Source: Kiritimatiellia bacterium
Lineage (GTDB): Bacteria > Verrucomicrobiota > Kiritimatiellia > JAAZAB01
Direction: 5' to 3'
Assembly (NCBI GenBank): GCA_040767085.1
Contig: JAXGPF010000003.1
Coordinates: forward strand, 192,001 to 256,000
DNA: 64,000 bases
The notes below the pieces were generated by a model. That model was not told the DNA's origin, searched no databases, and saw only the letters and a list, made by a program, of their open reading frames with translations. Shown here piece after piece: positions 50,047 to 63,999 of this stretch. Position 1 is the first letter of the stretch. The number at the start of each line of letters is the position of its first letter. The translations under genes and the position numbers were made by a program.

Positions 50047-52620
50047 TCAGGATTCCGGCGGAGGGGGAGCGGACGGATCTTCCGCGGGCGCATCCGGCGC
50101 GGCGGCCGGCTCGCTGTTTGCCGGGGCCGGGGCGGCGCCTTCCGCGCCATTGACGCCGTTTTCACCGGCGGCTTCTGCCTGGTCGTCTTCCGGCTCAACC
50201 TTGGTGGCGGAGACCAGGGAATCGCCTTCGTCCAGGTTGATCAGGCGCACGCCCTGGGTCACCCGGCTGATGACGCGCATGCCGGCGACATTGATGCGGA
50301 TCATCTTGCCGCCCGCGGTAATCAGCATCAAGGCGTCATTTTCCATGACCGCGTGGGCGCCGACTACCAGGCCGTTGCGGTCGGAGGTGCGGATGGCGAA
50401 AATGCCCTTGCCGCCCCGGTGTTGGCCGCGATACTCGTCAAATGCCGTGCGTTTGCCGTAGCCGTGCTCGGTGCAGATGAAAAACGTGGCGCGCGGGTCC
50501 ACGATTTCGATGGTCTCCAGGCAGTCGCCCTCGCCCAGGCGGATGCCGAGCACACCGCGGGTGGCGCGGCCCATGATGCGCAATTCGGATTCCTGGAACC
50601 GGAGGCTCATGCCCTGGCGGGTGGCCAGCATGATGTCGTCCTTGCCGGAAGTTTGCTTGACGCCGATCAGGCGGTCGCCTTCGTCAATGTTGATGGCGAT
50701 GATGCCGGCGCGGCGCGGGTTGCCGAAATCGCTCAAGCGGGTTTTCTTGATGATGCCCCGCGCGGTGGCCATGGCCAGGAATTCCGTTTCCGGGAAATCC
50801 CGCACGCGCACCATCGCCGCGATTTTCTCGCCGGACTGCAGTTCCAGCAGGTTGACAATCGCCTTGCCGCGGGCGGCGCGGCCGGCTTCGGGAATCTCGT
50901 AGACTTTCTCCCAATACAACCGGCCGTTCTCGGTGAAAAACAGGATGTAGTCGTGCGTACTGGCCACGAAAACGTGCTCGACGTAATCCTCCTCGCGCGT
51001 TTCCATGCCCGCCACGCCCTTGCCGCCCCGTCGCTGCGCGCGGTAGGTGCTGACCGGCACGCGTTTGATATAGCCGGAATGGCTGATGGTGATGACGCAA
51101 CTGCGGTCGGCAATGAGGTCCTCGATCTGCATCTCGCCCTCATCGGGGACGATATCCGTCCGGCGCGCGTCGCCGTAAAGCTCCTTGATTTCCAGGAGGT
51201 CTTCCCGGATCACCGCCAGAATTTTGGCGCGGCTGGCCAGCAATTCACGCAGCCAGGAAATGTGCTTGATCAGCGCCAGGTACTCGTCCTCCAGCTTGCT
51301 GCGTTCCAGGCCCGTCAACTGGTACAACCGCATGTCCAGGATGGCGTTGGTCTGGATTTCCGTCAGGCCGAACCGGCGCATCAGTTCCGCCCGGGCTTCG
51401 TCGCGGTTTTTGGCGCCGCGGATGATTTTTACCACGGCATCCAGGTTGTCAATGGCGATCTTCAGCCCTTCGAGAATGTGCGCCCGGGCTTCGGCCTTTT
51501 CCAGTTCAAACTTGGTGCGGCGGGTGATCACTTCCACGCGGTGGGCCAGGAAGGCTTCCAGTATCTGCTTTAAATTCATGATCCGCGGCCGGCCCTTGTC
51601 GATCGCCAGCATGATGGCGCCGAAAGTGGTCTGAAGCTGGGTGTGCTTGTAGAGGTTGTTCAGAATAACCTTGGGCACCACGCCGCGCTTGAGTTCGATC
51701 ACGATGCGGATGCCGCTCTTGTCGGATTCGTCGCGCACATCGCTGATGCCTTCCAGTATCTTGTTCTGCACCAGTTCGGCGATGCTCTTGACCAGCGTTG
51801 ACTTGTTGACCACATAGGGGATTTCCGTGATGACGATGCTTTCCTTGCCCTGGCGGCCTTCTTCGACGCCGGCCCGGCCGCGGACGCGCAACTGGCCGCG
51901 GCCGGTCCGATACATGCTCTGGATCGGCTTGATGCCGCAAATCAACGCGCCGGTGGGAAAATCCGGGCCCTTGACATGCCGCATCAGGTCCGTCACCTCG
52001 GCCTGGGGATCGTCAATCAGCGCCACCACCGCGTCCACGACTTCGCCGAGATTATGCGGGGGGATGTTGGTAGCCATGCCCACGGCGATGCCGGTGCTGC
52101 CGTTGAGCAGCAGGTTCGGCAGGCGGGCGGGCAGGACGGACGGCTCATCCAGTTCGCCATTATAATTTTTGACCATCGGCACGGTCTGCTTGTCAATGTC
52201 CGCCAGCATTTCCTCGGCCAACTGGCGCAGGCGGGTTTCGGTGTAGCGGTAGGCGGCGGCGCTGTCGCCGTCAATGCTGCCGAAATTGCCCTGGCCGTCC
52301 ACCAGGGGGTAGCGCATGGCAAACGGCTGGGCCATGCGCACGAGGGTGTCATAGACGGCGGAATCGCCGTGCGGATGATATTTGCCGAGCACTTCACCCA
52401 CGACGTAGGCTGATTTCTTGAAAGCCCGGTTATGCAGCAGTCCGAGCTGGCGCATGGCGAAGAGGATGCGGCGCGCGCCCGGCTTCAACCCGTCGCGCAC
52501 GTCCGGCAGCGCGCGGCCGATAATGACGCTCATGGAGTAGTCAATGTAGGCGCGCTGCATCTCGTCTTCGATATTGATGGCGCCGACAATGTCATTTCTG
52601 GCAAACATCTTGATCTCCAA
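50047..52620 (-). CDS. gyrA: DNA gyrase subunit A
   Basis: [20 protein letters not shown], GyrA-box QRRGGKG. Confidence 0.97.
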   Translation of the reverse strand: MEIKMFARNDIVGAINIEDEMQRAYIDYSMSVIIGRALPDVRDGLKPGARRILFAMRQLGLLHNRAFKKSAYVVGEVLGKYHPHGDSAVYDTLVRMAQPFAMRYPLVDGQGNFGSIDGDSAAAYRYTETRLRQLAEEMLADIDKQTVPMVKNYNGELDEPSVLPARLPNLLLNGSTGIAVGMATNIPPHNLGEVVDAVVALIDDPQAEVTDLMRHVKGPDFPTGALICGIKPIQSMYRTGRGQLRVRGRAGVEEGRQGKESIVITEIPYVVNKSTLVKSIAELVQNKILEGISDVRDESDKSGIRIVIELKRGVVPKVILNNLYKHTQLQTTFGAIMLAIDKGRPRIMNLKQILEAFLAHRVEVITRRTKFELEKAEARAHILEGLKIAIDNLDAVVKIIRGAKNRDEARAELMRRFGLTEIQTNAILDMRLYQLTGLERSKLEDEYLALIKHISWLRELLASRAKILAVIREDLLEIKELYGDARRTDIVPDEGEMQIEDLIADRSCVITISHSGYIKRVPVSTYRAQRRGGKGVAGMETREEDYVEHVFVASTHDYILFFTENGRLYWEKVYEIPEAGRAARGKAIVNLLELQSGEKIAAMVRVRDFPETEFLAMATARGIIKKTRLSDFGNPRRAGIIAINIDEGDRLIGVKQTSGKDDIMLATRQGMSLRFQESELRIMGRATRGVLGIRLGEGDCLETIEIVDPRATFFICTEHGYGKRTAFDEYRGQHRGGKGIFAIRTSDRNGLVVGAHAVMENDALMLITAGGKMIRINVAGMRVISRVTQGVRLINLDEGDSLVSATKVEPEDDQAEAAGENGVNGAEGAAPAPANSEPAAAPDAPAEDPSAPPPPES

Positions 52621-52635
52621 GGGTCCGGACCGCGG

Positions 52636-55152
<2,517 letters not shown>

Positions 55153-55251
55153 TCAAATCAGGATAGTGTAGCATGCCACAAGCTTAAAAGCAAACATTAT
55201 CCGCGCGATTTCCGCAAAATAATCAGCGCCGGGAGGGGGATGGATGCCGCT

Positions 55252-56874
55252 TCAAAATGGGATTTCGGACAGCCGGACAGCCGGGTTGCGCTCCTGGAAA
55301 TAGCGCAGGTTCCATTCGTCGGGGAAGAGGATGGCCGGGCGTTCCCGGCTGTCGCGCGCCAGCCGGGCGGCGGTGGGCAATTGCATTCCCTCGAGGTCCG
55401 TCCCGGGCCCAACCCAGCGGGTGACGGTCCACGGGGCCGGCTCCAGCCGCGAAGCGGCGCCGTATTCGCTTTCAAGGCGGGACTGGACGATTTCCAACTG
55501 CAATGGGCCGACCGCGCCCAGCACCGCCTTACGGAACTGGCCATCCAATTGGTAGGACTGCACCACGCCTTCCTGCAGTAACTGGGCCAATCCTTCGCGG
55601 AAGCGCTTGAAATTGGCCGGCTCCGGGTTTTCCAGGTACGCAAAACATTCCGGCGCAAACCAGGGAATTTCCTCGTACGCAATGGCAGGATCCTCGGTCA
55701 AAGTGTCGCCGATGGCGAATTGGGCGCTGCCGACGATCCCCACAACATCGCCCGGGAACGCTTCATCTACCGTCTCGCGCTCGCGGCCGAAGAGCTTGGC
55801 GGCATTCGACAGGCGCACGGTTTTATTGGCGCGCGCGAGCGTGACATTCATATCGCGCTCGAATTTGCCCGACACCACCCGTACAAAGGCGATTCGATCG
55901 CGGTGCCGCGGGTCCATGTTGGCCTGTATTTTGAAGACAAAGCCTGAAAATGCCGGATGCTCCGGCTGCACCACCCCGTGCCGGGAACGACGCCCAGCCG
56001 GCGCCGCGGAGAGGTCCAGGAATCCGTCCAGCAGCAATTGGACGCCGAAATTATTCAAAGCGCTCCCGAAATAAACCGGGGTCGTCTTCCCGGCCAGCAC
56101 ATCCGCCGGATGCAACTGCGCCCCGGCGGCCTCCAGCATGGCCACCTCCTCGCAAACGGCCCGGTGGGTCGTTGCGTCCAGTTGTTCGCGCACCAGCCGG
56201 TCGTTCAGGCCGGCGGTGGCTACCGGCGCCCGGCGGGCGCCGCCAGTGGTGCGTTCGTACAAATGCGCCATTTGGGTCTGCCGGTCCCATACCCCCTTGA
56301 AATCGAAGCCCGTGCCCAGCGGCCAGTTCATCGGGTAGGCAGCGATGCCCAGGACGCTTTCCAGTTCATCCAGCAGCGCCAACGGCTCCAGGGTGGGCCG
56401 GTCGAGTTTATTGATGAAGGTGAAAATAGGCACGCCGCGGCGGCGGCAGACTTCGAACAACTTGCGGGTTTGGACTTCAATGCCCTTGCCCGCATCAATC
56501 ACCATCACCGCCGCGTCCACCGCGGTTAGCACGCGGTAGGTGTCCTCGGAAAAATCCTTGTGCCCCGGGGTGTCCAGCAAGTTGATGCGGAAATTGTCGT
56601 AATCAAACTGAAGCACCGTCGAACTGATCGAGATACCGCGTTTTTTCTCCAATTCCATCCAGTCGGAGGTGGTGGCGCGCTGGTTCTTGCGGGCCTTGAC
56701 GGACCCGGCCAGGTGCAGCGCGCCGCCGTACAGCAGGAATTTCTCCGTCAGCGTGGTCTTCCCGGCGTCCGGATGCGACACGATGGCAAAAGTGCGCCGG
56801 CGGGCGATCTCCCGGCGCATCGTCCGTTGATCGCCCGCCGCGGCGGCGGCAATTGTGATATCATCGTCTTCCAT
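55252..56874 (-). CDS. prfC: Peptide chain release factor 3
   Basis: RRTFAIVSHPDAGKTTLTEK, DTPGHKDFSEDTYR, GAVGPLQ. Confidence 0.96.
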   Translation of the reverse strand: MEDDDITIAAAAAGDQRTMRREIARRRTFAIVSHPDAGKTTLTEKFLLYGGALHLAGSVKARKNQRATTSDWMELEKKRGISISSTVLQFDYDNFRINLLDTPGHKDFSEDTYRVLTAVDAAVMVIDAGKGIEVQTRKLFEVCRRRGVPIFTFINKLDRPTLEPLALLDELESVLGIAAYPMNWPLGTGFDFKGVWDRQTQMAHLYERTTGGARRAPVATAGLNDRLVREQLDATTHRAVCEEVAMLEAAGAQLHPADVLAGKTTPVYFGSALNNFGVQLLLDGFLDLSAAPAGRRSRHGVVQPEHPAFSGFVFKIQANMDPRHRDRIAFVRVVSGKFERDMNVTLARANKTVRLSNAAKLFGRERETVDEAFPGDVVGIVGSAQFAIGDTLTEDPAIAYEEIPWFAPECFAYLENPEPANFKRFREGLAQLLQEGVVQSYQLDGQFRKAVLGAVGPLQLEIVQSRLESEYGAASRLEPAPWTVTRWVGPGTDLEGMQLPTAARLARDSRERPAILFPDEWNLRYFQERNPAVRLSEIPF

Positions 56875-56958
56875 ATTTCCGCGCCCTGATGATTGCGGGC
56901 CGGAAGTATGTAAGCAGCCACGCCGTCATGTCAATCCTGAATTTTATTTGCGCAACTT

Positions 56959-59505
56959 TCACCAATTCAAGCTGGACACACTATAATTCGAGCCGGACAA
57001 CATGACCGAAAAAGTTCGCGTTGCCGGATCGTATACGGCCGGATCGGCCTGTCCGTCATTGTCGTAGTCCCCGCCGGCGCACGCCGCCGCCGTCGGGCCG
57101 CCGAATCCAGCCGCGCTCTCGGTGACGGTATAGCCCTGCGCCGAAAACGTACACTGCCAGAATCCGCCGGCCGGCTGATAGACCATGATATCGGCCAGGC
57201 CATCCCCATCGTAATCGCCGGGAACCGGCACGCAACCCACGCCTCCCATCGTCATCAGCGAAGCCGGCGCATAGGCGCTGGCGGACAACAAGACCATCCA
57301 GGCGCCGGCGGCAGGATTGTACACGCCCGGATCGGTTTTGCCATCGCCGTCATAATCGGCGCTGGCATTGAGCCAGCCGGCGCCGCCCAGCGGCGTGCTC
57401 GCAAAGGCATACCCGGAATCCGAAAGCCAGACGGCCATCTGGCCGGCCGCCGCGGAGTACAACGCCGGATCGGCCTTGCCGTCACTGTCAAAATCGCCGC
57501 TGACCGGGACGCAACTGGAGTCGCCGATCATCCGCGTTTGCAGGGCGTAGGCCTGCGAGGAATACAGCGCCTGCCACTTGCCGGCGAGCGGGTCGTACAC
57601 GGCCGGGTCGGCCTTGCCATCGCCGTCAAAGTCGCCGGGAATCGGCTGAACGCCGATCGCCGCGGGGTGAACGCTCAAGGGGCGGGGCGCTATGGTCCGG
57701 GCATAATTATCGCCGGACTGGAACAGGGAAAAAACGCCACATTCGGCGCTGAATACGGTCAGATCGGACTTGCCATCCCCATCGTAGTCATGGCCGCCAA
57801 GTTGCAGCGGCGTTCCGTATTGCGCGATTTTCGCCTGCATGGCGGGGGTCAATTTTTTGACCAGTTCCGCGTTATACGTATGCGACGAAGTGTCGGTTAA
57901 GGACAGATTGCCGAATACCCGGCTGGCGCCGATGCCATACCCCAGCGACTTCCACGCGCACGAGTTGGACTCGACCTGCGGATCAACACAGGTCGTCAGG
58001 ATGGAGATGCTGTTGTCGTGGTTGCGGCGGATATCCCAAGTGCGAAACTGACGGGGGAAGTCCCGCAACGAAGGGGTTTCAACCTGCCAGAAGCCGTATT
58101 CCGGGTGGGCCGGGTCCGGCGACGGAAAAGGGGTCACCACGCCCATATGGCGATGCCCCGCCATCACCATGAGGAGATTCGGATAATTGTGCAGCGTGGC
58201 GATCAAGTTCGATTCGACTTGCGCATCGTAAAATGCTCCCGGCGGACGGTTGGTGTCGGTCAGGCTCGCTTGCGGACTTATGGGTATATGGCATGCAATG
58301 AGCATGAGTTGATCCGCATCCTGCCCCATCTGCAACTCGTTGGTGAGCCAGGCGTTGCGCACCGCGTCCATCCAGCCGGCCCCATAGAAGAATGGGCTTT
58401 GCCCCGGTTCGTTCGACTTGCAGGTATTGTCCAGCACGATCACTTTGATCGGCATGTTTGCCACCGGCTCGAACGCATAACAGGCCGTCAAACTGCCCGT
58501 GTGCGCCGGATTGAAGCCGTGCCCCAGCGGGGAAGATGTGCTGTTAAAGAACTCGTTGACAAAGTTCGTGGGCGTGGCAATATCCGTCGTGAGGCTGCGG
58601 CGGTCCGGATCGGCGGCGACGGTCGGGGGTGAATCGTAAAGGTTGGTCACACCCCATTTAACCACAGCGCCGTAGGGGGTGGTCCCGTCTACCACGCCCA
58701 CATACATGCCGGTCCCCTCGGAGCCCGGGGGAAACAGGGGGCCGTTGACTGAAATATTGAGCACATTGGATCCCACCAAGGCCTGTTTGATTTTGTCGGT
58801 CGGCATGCCCACTCCCATCCACATCTGATCATGGTTGCCGATCACCCCATACCAGGGAATGGCGGGATCGAGTCCGGCGGCCTGGAAGGGCATCTGGTAG
58901 TCAATGGTGTCGGCGCCGCGGTGATCGCCGGAGCTGGGCGTAATATACTGGCCGTCCATGACCTGCATGAACCAGCGGAGCTCGTTGAATTGCGAAGCGT
59001 TGCACAGATCGCCGAGCGCCAGCCCGAAATTGAACGGGGTCTGCCGATGCAAGGCGTTGATGGTCCTGACGGCGGTGTCGAGGTGGTGGGTCGTATCGAA
59101 AATGATCGGGGAATACGCCGACATATTCAGGCCGCCCGGTCCGGGATCGGTAAAGGACGCGCTCCAACCGAGGTAGGGCACCTGGGCCGGGGATTCCTTG
59201 TCGGTGATATGAATGTCGCTGATGGAGAAGAACGATAAAAGCCGCGCCGCATTGCCGGAACCCATGTAGCCATCCGGCATCAGGGTGAACTTCCGGCCCT
59301 CATTCGTGCCGACGCCCACATTCCAGGCGCTGTAGCCCAGGACCGCGTATTGGGCTACGTTGGACGGGGCAATCGGCGGCGTGTTCGGCGGCAGGAGCCG
59401 CGGCAAAATCGTCTGTTGACGTGTCGTCGGCACGGCCCCGCTGCCGGAACCGGCAAACCATAGCAGCGTTGACATACCGGCGATTGAGACCAGCGCTTTC
59501 TTCAT
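56959..59505 (-). CDS. Secreted TIGR03768-like metallophosphoesterase with FG-GAP/VCBS repeats
   Basis: ISDIHITDKESPAQ, LGD, GNHD, AGHRH, VETPSLRDFP; repeated GDYDGDGKxD. Confidence 0.85.
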   Translation of the reverse strand: MKKALVSIAGMSTLLWFAGSGSGAVPTTRQQTILPRLLPPNTPPIAPSNVAQYAVLGYSAWNVGVGTNEGRKFTLMPDGYMGSGNAARLLSFFSISDIHITDKESPAQVPYLGWSASFTDPGPGGLNMSAYSPIIFDTTHHLDTAVRTINALHRQTPFNFGLALGDLCNASQFNELRWFMQVMDGQYITPSSGDHRGADTIDYQMPFQAAGLDPAIPWYGVIGNHDQMWMGVGMPTDKIKQALVGSNVLNISVNGPLFPPGSEGTGMYVGVVDGTTPYGAVVKWGVTNLYDSPPTVAADPDRRSLTTDIATPTNFVNEFFNSTSSPLGHGFNPAHTGSLTACYAFEPVANMPIKVIVLDNTCKSNEPGQSPFFYGAGWMDAVRNAWLTNELQMGQDADQLMLIACHIPISPQASLTDTNRPPGAFYDAQVESNLIATLHNYPNLLMVMAGHRHMGVVTPFPSPDPAHPEYGFWQVETPSLRDFPRQFRTWDIRRNHDNSISILTTCVDPQVESNSCAWKSLGYGIGASRVFGNLSLTDTSSHTYNAELVKKLTPAMQAKIAQYGTPLQLGGHDYDGDGKSDLTVFSAECGVFSLFQSGDNYARTIAPRPLSVHPAAIGVQPIPGDFDGDGKADPAVYDPLAGKWQALYSSQAYALQTRMIGDSSCVPVSGDFDSDGKADPALYSAAAGQMAVWLSDSGYAFASTPLGGAGWLNASADYDGDGKTDPGVYNPAAGAWMVLLSASAYAPASLMTMGGVGCVPVPGDYDGDGLADIMVYQPAGGFWQCTFSAQGYTVTESAAGFGGPTAAACAGGDYDNDGQADPAVYDPATRTFSVMLSGSNYSVSSLNW

Positions 59506-59619
59506 AACCCGCGTTCCTTTAATCCATATGATAAAGAATTTGACTCCATATAATTGCCGCGGAGTATAGGAGGCAGACAAAAGTTGTCAAGCGACATTGC
59601 GCATCAATCCGGAGCGGCC

Positions 59620-59662
59620 GCGCATCTGCGATTCGGGGTATTCGGCGAAGCGCAATTTTTTG
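59620..59662 (+). repeat. Second copy of the 43-bp intergenic repeat
   Basis: 37/43 identical to 42188-42230. Confidence 0.75.
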
Positions 59663-59742
59663 AACCGAATTCAAAACACTGCGACGGCGAGGAAGCAAAG
59701 CAAAATTGGGTTGCGGGCATACACCCTTGGGCAAAAATATGA

Positions 59743-59776
59743 TTGACCACTAAATCTTATTATCATATTCTATGAT
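59743..59776 (+). promoter_or_regulatory. Promoter and operator of the TA operon
   Basis: TTGACC-17-TATTCT, overlapped by the palindrome ATCATA-TTC-TATGAT. Confidence 0.6.
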
Positions 59777-59795
59777 TATCTGATTGGAGATATAT

Positions 59796-60077
59796 ATGCA
59801 TGCTAAAGTTCTGAGTGTTACGGAGGCGGTTAGACACTTCTCTGACTATGTGAACAGGGTGGCCTACCGCAGGGAGGCATTCGTATTGCGGCGGGGCAAG
59901 CTGGCACTTGCGGAACTGCGCCCTGTGCCGAGCGCCCGCCGCTTGGGAGATTTGCCGGGAATCATCGCGTCGCTGCCGGCCCTTTCCGAGTCAGACGCGA
60001 AGGCTTTCGCCGATGACGTTTGCAACGCCCGCATGGGCATGCGGCGTGAAGGATGGCGAGACCCATGGGACTCTTGA
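59796..60077 (+). CDS. vapB: Phd/YefM-like antitoxin
   Basis: LSVTEAVRHFSDYVNRV...LRRGKLALAEL; overlaps the PIN gene. Confidence 0.8.
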   Translation: MHAKVLSVTEAVRHFSDYVNRVAYRREAFVLRRGKLALAELRPVPSARRLGDLPGIIASLPALSESDAKAFADDVCNARMGMRREGWRDPWDS

Positions 60078-60469
60078 TTGACAGTAACGTGTTGATCGCG
60101 CTGGAGCGGAAGGGCTTGGAACTTTCCTCCCGAATCGCCGGACGAGAGCAAGAAGAAGTATTCCTCTCCGTCATCTCGGCCAGCGAGTTGCTGCATGGTG
60201 TCCATCGTGCCGCCACCCCCAAGTTGCGCGCAAATCGCCTCGCGTTCGTCGAGGCCGTTCTCGCGTCTTTCCCGCTGCTGGAGATTGATCTTGCGACGGC
60301 CCGTTCTCACGCTCTATTGTGGAGCCAACTTACCCAGCGCGGAGAGATGATTGGGGTTCACGACTCATGGCTTGCGGCCACATGTCTTGCGCATGGACTG
60401 AAGCTTGCCACGGCAAACGTCCGCGAGTTCATGCGAGTGCCAGGCCTCAAGGTCGAAGAATGGAAATAA
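60065..60469 (+). CDS. vapC: PIN-domain toxin
   Basis: LIDSNVLI, SASELLHG, HDSWLAA, TANVREF. Confidence 0.92.
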   Translation: MGLLIDSNVLIALERKGLELSSRIAGREQEEVFLSVISASELLHGVHRAATPKLRANRLAFVEAVLASFPLLEIDLATARSHALLWSQLTQRGEMIGVHDSWLAATCLAHGLKLATANVREFMRVPGLKVEEWK

Positions 60470-60494
60470 TTTCAGCGAAGAATCGTGTTCCCGG

Positions 60495-62468
60495 TCATTC
60501 CAGCGCCAGCAGCTCGTAGCCGCAAACCCGCGGCACCAGCACGCCGTCATATTCCCCGCGCGTCCGCACCGGCAGCGGCGCGCCGGATAACGCCAGGCGC
60601 GCCGACCGGACCGGCCGCCCGTCGCGGCGCAGCCAGACGGTCACATCGCGCACATCCAGCGGCTCCTCGATCACCTGCGTGGCGCGCCCGCGCAGTTCGG
60701 GCATGTAGGCCAGCAGATGAATCAGCCGACGCCGGCCCTGACGCATGACCGTGGCCTGGGCGCAAGCCGGCATGTTTTCCACTCGCACCAGCGGGTCGGG
60801 CAGACCAAGTTCCACGCAATTGCGGAACAGGTATTTGTAGGCCGGCACGGCGAATTCATAATACGCCGTAAAGACCGGGAAGCTGAAATGCAAAATGTTG
60901 CCCATCCGCACCGCCGCCGGCCGGCCGGCCGGCTTCTCGGGCGGGATGTAAAGATTTTCATGGTAGCCGTCCCAGGACTGCTGATTAAAATACGGCCGGT
61001 AAAGCGCCGCCAGCGTTTCCACCCTGCCGCGCGGCCGCACGGCCGCACCGGGCTGGTAGATCGTGGTCAGCATGTCCGGCACATCGGCCGCCACTTTTCT
61101 GGCGGCCTTGAAAAACGAAAAATGGTGTGGCTCCGGCCCGAGATAATCCAACTTGTATTCCGGCAGGGCGAACCGGGTCTTTTCCGGGTTCAAGCCGGCA
61201 GTGGCGGACGACACCAGCAGCCCGCCCCGGCGTAAATGCGCCTGCAGTTTGCGGCGCAACCCAGGATCCACGGTGACATTGTCCGGCAGGATCAATACCC
61301 GGTAACCGGACAAGTCCCCCAACCCATCGCAAAGGTCGAATTGATACTTCAACTCATTCAGCAGGCGCGCGGCGCCGCGCAGGTGCTGTATGCTGTAAAA
61401 ATTCCGCGGGAATTCCGCCAGGTCCGGACAGACCACCGCCATTTCCGAGACGGGCGCGGCGCCCGCCACCCACGGCTCGATCTTTTTAACCTCGTCATAC
61501 ACCTCGCCAATCCGGCGGTACACCGCCGGCTCCAGCCGCGCCCGGGGATGGGCGTGATCGCCCACGCTGCAGGCACTGCCCAGCGACAGCGCCTGCTGGC
61601 AATCGAACAGCAGCGATGGTTTGGAGCGCAGCCCGCCGAAATCGCGCCAACTGCGGTGGAACCGGCCGGTCATGGTCAGGCACGGCTTCTTCAGCGACCG
61701 CGCGTACCGCACCATGAAGGGAATGGCGTCATAGCCGTATTCCGGCGCCGTGGGAATGACTTCGACCTCGATATGCGTGGGCTGTTCCCGCCAGGGCATG
61801 CCGTTGAAAAACAGCAGCAAATCCGGCTTGCCCTGCGCGCGCGCCAGTTGTTCCACATCGCGCTGGAACTTACGCATTACCTCCAGCGAAAATCGTTTTA
61901 CCTGCGCCTCGTCATCAATGTTCAAACCCGCGGCCCGCATGCCGTCCAGGCATTCCACCCCGTAACAAGGCGCGGGGCCCAGGCCGTCGAAAAACAAGCC
62001 GTCCACCGGATAGCGCGCGAGCACTTCCCGCACCATGCCCAGCAGGTAATCGCGGTAGCCGGTATTCAGGCAGGGCCGGCGGAACCAGTGATTCATCTTC
62101 GCCATGTCGTAGATCTTGCCATCCCGGTCCACCTTGCACCATTCCCGCCGCCGCAGGACATGTTCGTGGTCCAAGCCGGCCTGGAAATAGGCCGCCGCCC
62201 GGATGCCGCGCGCATGGCAGACGCGCACCATACCGCCCAGCAGGTCGGGGTGCTTCAAGCCCGGATGCGGCCGGCCGATTTTGGTGGGATAATAGGCGAA
62301 ACCCAGGTTGCACTTGGCAAACACCGTGATGTAATCCACCCCGGCATCGGCCAAAGTCTTCCCGAAAGCCGTAGGATCGAATTCCGCGCCGACGTCATAC
62401 ACGCCGGGCATGGTATGGAAATCCATGTGGACCGCGCGGCGAGGGCATTGTTTGATGGCAGGCATCAT
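60495..62468 (-). CDS. GHL6-like glycoside hydrolase with beta-galactosidase trimerisation-type domain
   Basis: VHMDFHT, TVFAKC..G..YYPT, DGLFFD, MTGRFHRSWRDFGG. Confidence 0.8.
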   Translation of the reverse strand: MMPAIKQCPRRAVHMDFHTMPGVYDVGAEFDPTAFGKTLADAGVDYITVFAKCNLGFAYYPTKIGRPHPGLKHPDLLGGMVRVCHARGIRAAAYFQAGLDHEHVLRRREWCKVDRDGKIYDMAKMNHWFRRPCLNTGYRDYLLGMVREVLARYPVDGLFFDGLGPAPCYGVECLDGMRAAGLNIDDEAQVKRFSLEVMRKFQRDVEQLARAQGKPDLLLFFNGMPWREQPTHIEVEVIPTAPEYGYDAIPFMVRYARSLKKPCLTMTGRFHRSWRDFGGLRSKPSLLFDCQQALSLGSACSVGDHAHPRARLEPAVYRRIGEVYDEVKKIEPWVAGAAPVSEMAVVCPDLAEFPRNFYSIQHLRGAARLLNELKYQFDLCDGLGDLSGYRVLILPDNVTVDPGLRRKLQAHLRRGGLLVSSATAGLNPEKTRFALPEYKLDYLGPEPHHFSFFKAARKVAADVPDMLTTIYQPGAAVRPRGRVETLAALYRPYFNQQSWDGYHENLYIPPEKPAGRPAAVRMGNILHFSFPVFTAYYEFAVPAYKYLFRNCVELGLPDPLVRVENMPACAQATVMRQGRRRLIHLLAYMPELRGRATQVIEEPLDVRDVTVWLRRDGRPVRSARLALSGAPLPVRTRGEYDGVLVPRVCGYELLALE

Positions 62469-62523
62469 GTTTGGCCTCTCAGGCCGGGATTGCGGCAGGA
62501 TAGCCAACCAAACCTCTTCATCA

Positions 62524-63999
62524 CTATTCCTCAAACACCGCCACGGCCCAGCCGGTCACCCGCGGGATCGTCACGCACACATAATTGCCTTCCACCGTAA
62601 AGGGCAGCGGCGTCCGGGACGGCGCCAGGTAGACCGTTTTGGGCGGGCGCCCGTCCAGGCGCAGGCGCACTTCGAAGTCGCGCAGCTCCAGCGGCTCCTC
62701 GATCATGTTGATTCCCGCGCCGCGGGCTTCGGGCAGGTAGGCCGTGACGTACACCATGCGCCGGCCCGGCTGCGACGTCACTGTCACCCGGCTGTAGGAT
62801 GGCGCGCCCGGCGCGCGGATCAACGGCTCCGGCAGGAACCGCGCCAACAGGTTGGCGATAATCTGGCGCATGGGCAGCGCGCCGCTGGTGTAATAGGCGT
62901 TGAAGATCGGATGGCTGATATAGGCCACGCGGTCTTTGACGACAATCGCCGGCCGGCCGGCGGGCTTGTCGGGCGGAGTATACCGGAATCCATGGCTGCC
63001 GTCCCATTCGTTGTTGTAATAGGGCGCGATGATTGTGGCCATGGCCTCCGCACCGGGGCGGGCGGCGACGGCCAGGCCGCGCTCGTAAAGCGTCACCGGC
63101 ATCTCCGGCATGCCGGCCGCGAATTCCGGCGCGAATTCGATATAGGCCGGATCATACGGGTCTTCCCCCCGATATTCTACGCCCAACTCTTCCAGCGCGA
63201 ATCCGGTCTGCTCCGGGTTCAGCCCGGATTGATACGACGCGATCAGCGCGCCGCCCTGGCGCAGGTGTTTTTTGAGCCGGGCATGTATTTCCGGGGTAAT
63301 CGCCACATCATCCGGCAGCACCAGGACTTTGTACTTGCCCCAGTCCGCCGCCAGGGTCACGTTATCAAACTGCATTTTCAGTTCGGAAAGCATGCGGGTG
63401 GCGGATTTAATCACCTGGCGGTTGCGGTTTTTAAAATCCTGGCGCGCGCCGCCGATATCTTGGTATCCCGGATAGCCGCACGACATGACATTGGCCATCT
63501 CCACCACCGGCACGGCGCCGTCAATCCACGGTTGCAGCGGCTGTAGTTTTTGGTAGACGGTCCGGTCGAGTTTCATCACCGCCCGGTTCAGATCGCCGCG
63601 TGGATGGAAATGATCGCCGATGCTGGGCGGCAGACCGTTGGCGATACCGAGGATGCAATCGTATTCCACGCTGGCCGGCGTGCGTACGCCGCCGAAATCG
63701 CCCCAGCTCTTCTGAAACCGGCCGGTCATGTTCAGCGCCGGCTTGCCCAGGGTGCGCATGTAACGCCCGATGGTCGGCAGCAATTCGTACCCCCACCCGC
63801 CCTGCGGCAGGCATTCCAACTCGAGGTAATTGCCGAAATCCGCCTGCGCCTCGTAATCAATCCCGTTGAAATACAGCAGCACTTCCGGATTAACCGCGCG
63901 CGCGGCTTCCGACAGCCGCCGGCCCATGGCCAGCATTTTGCGGTAGTTGAAATCGTTGAGCTGTACCGGGTCGTTCCAGTCCACGCCTTCGGCTTTCAT
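62524..63999 (-). CDS. Paralogous GHL6-like hydrolase (5' truncated by window)
   Basis: MTGRFQKSWGDFGG, SIGDHFHPRG, VLVLPDD; co-linear with the downstream paralog. Confidence 0.8.
   Translation of the reverse strand: MKAEGVDWNDPVQLNDFNYRKMLAMGRRLSEAARAVNPEVLLYFNGIDYEAQADFGNYLELECLPQGGWGYELLPTIGRYMRTLGKPALNMTGRFQKSWGDFGGVRTPASVEYDCILGIANGLPPSIGDHFHPRGDLNRAVMKLDRTVYQKLQPLQPWIDGAVPVVEMANVMSCGYPGYQDIGGARQDFKNRNRQVIKSATRMLSELKMQFDNVTLAADWGKYKVLVLPDDVAITPEIHARLKKHLRQGGALIASYQSGLNPEQTGFALEELGVEYRGEDPYDPAYIEFAPEFAAGMPEMPVTLYERGLAVAARPGAEAMATIIAPYYNNEWDGSHGFRYTPPDKPAGRPAIVVKDRVAYISHPIFNAYYTSGALPMRQIIANLLARFLPEPLIRAPGAPSYSRVTVTSQPGRRMVYVTAYLPEARGAGINMIEEPLELRDFEVRLRLDGRPPKTVYLAPSRTPLPFTVEGNYVCVTIPRVTGWAVAVFEE

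Noticed and set aside
57030-57790. Repeated sequence units
   Set aside because: FG-GAP/VCBS protein repeats.
61236-63546. Long plus-strand ORFs (454 and 378 aa)
   Set aside because: Shadows of the GHL6-like genes.
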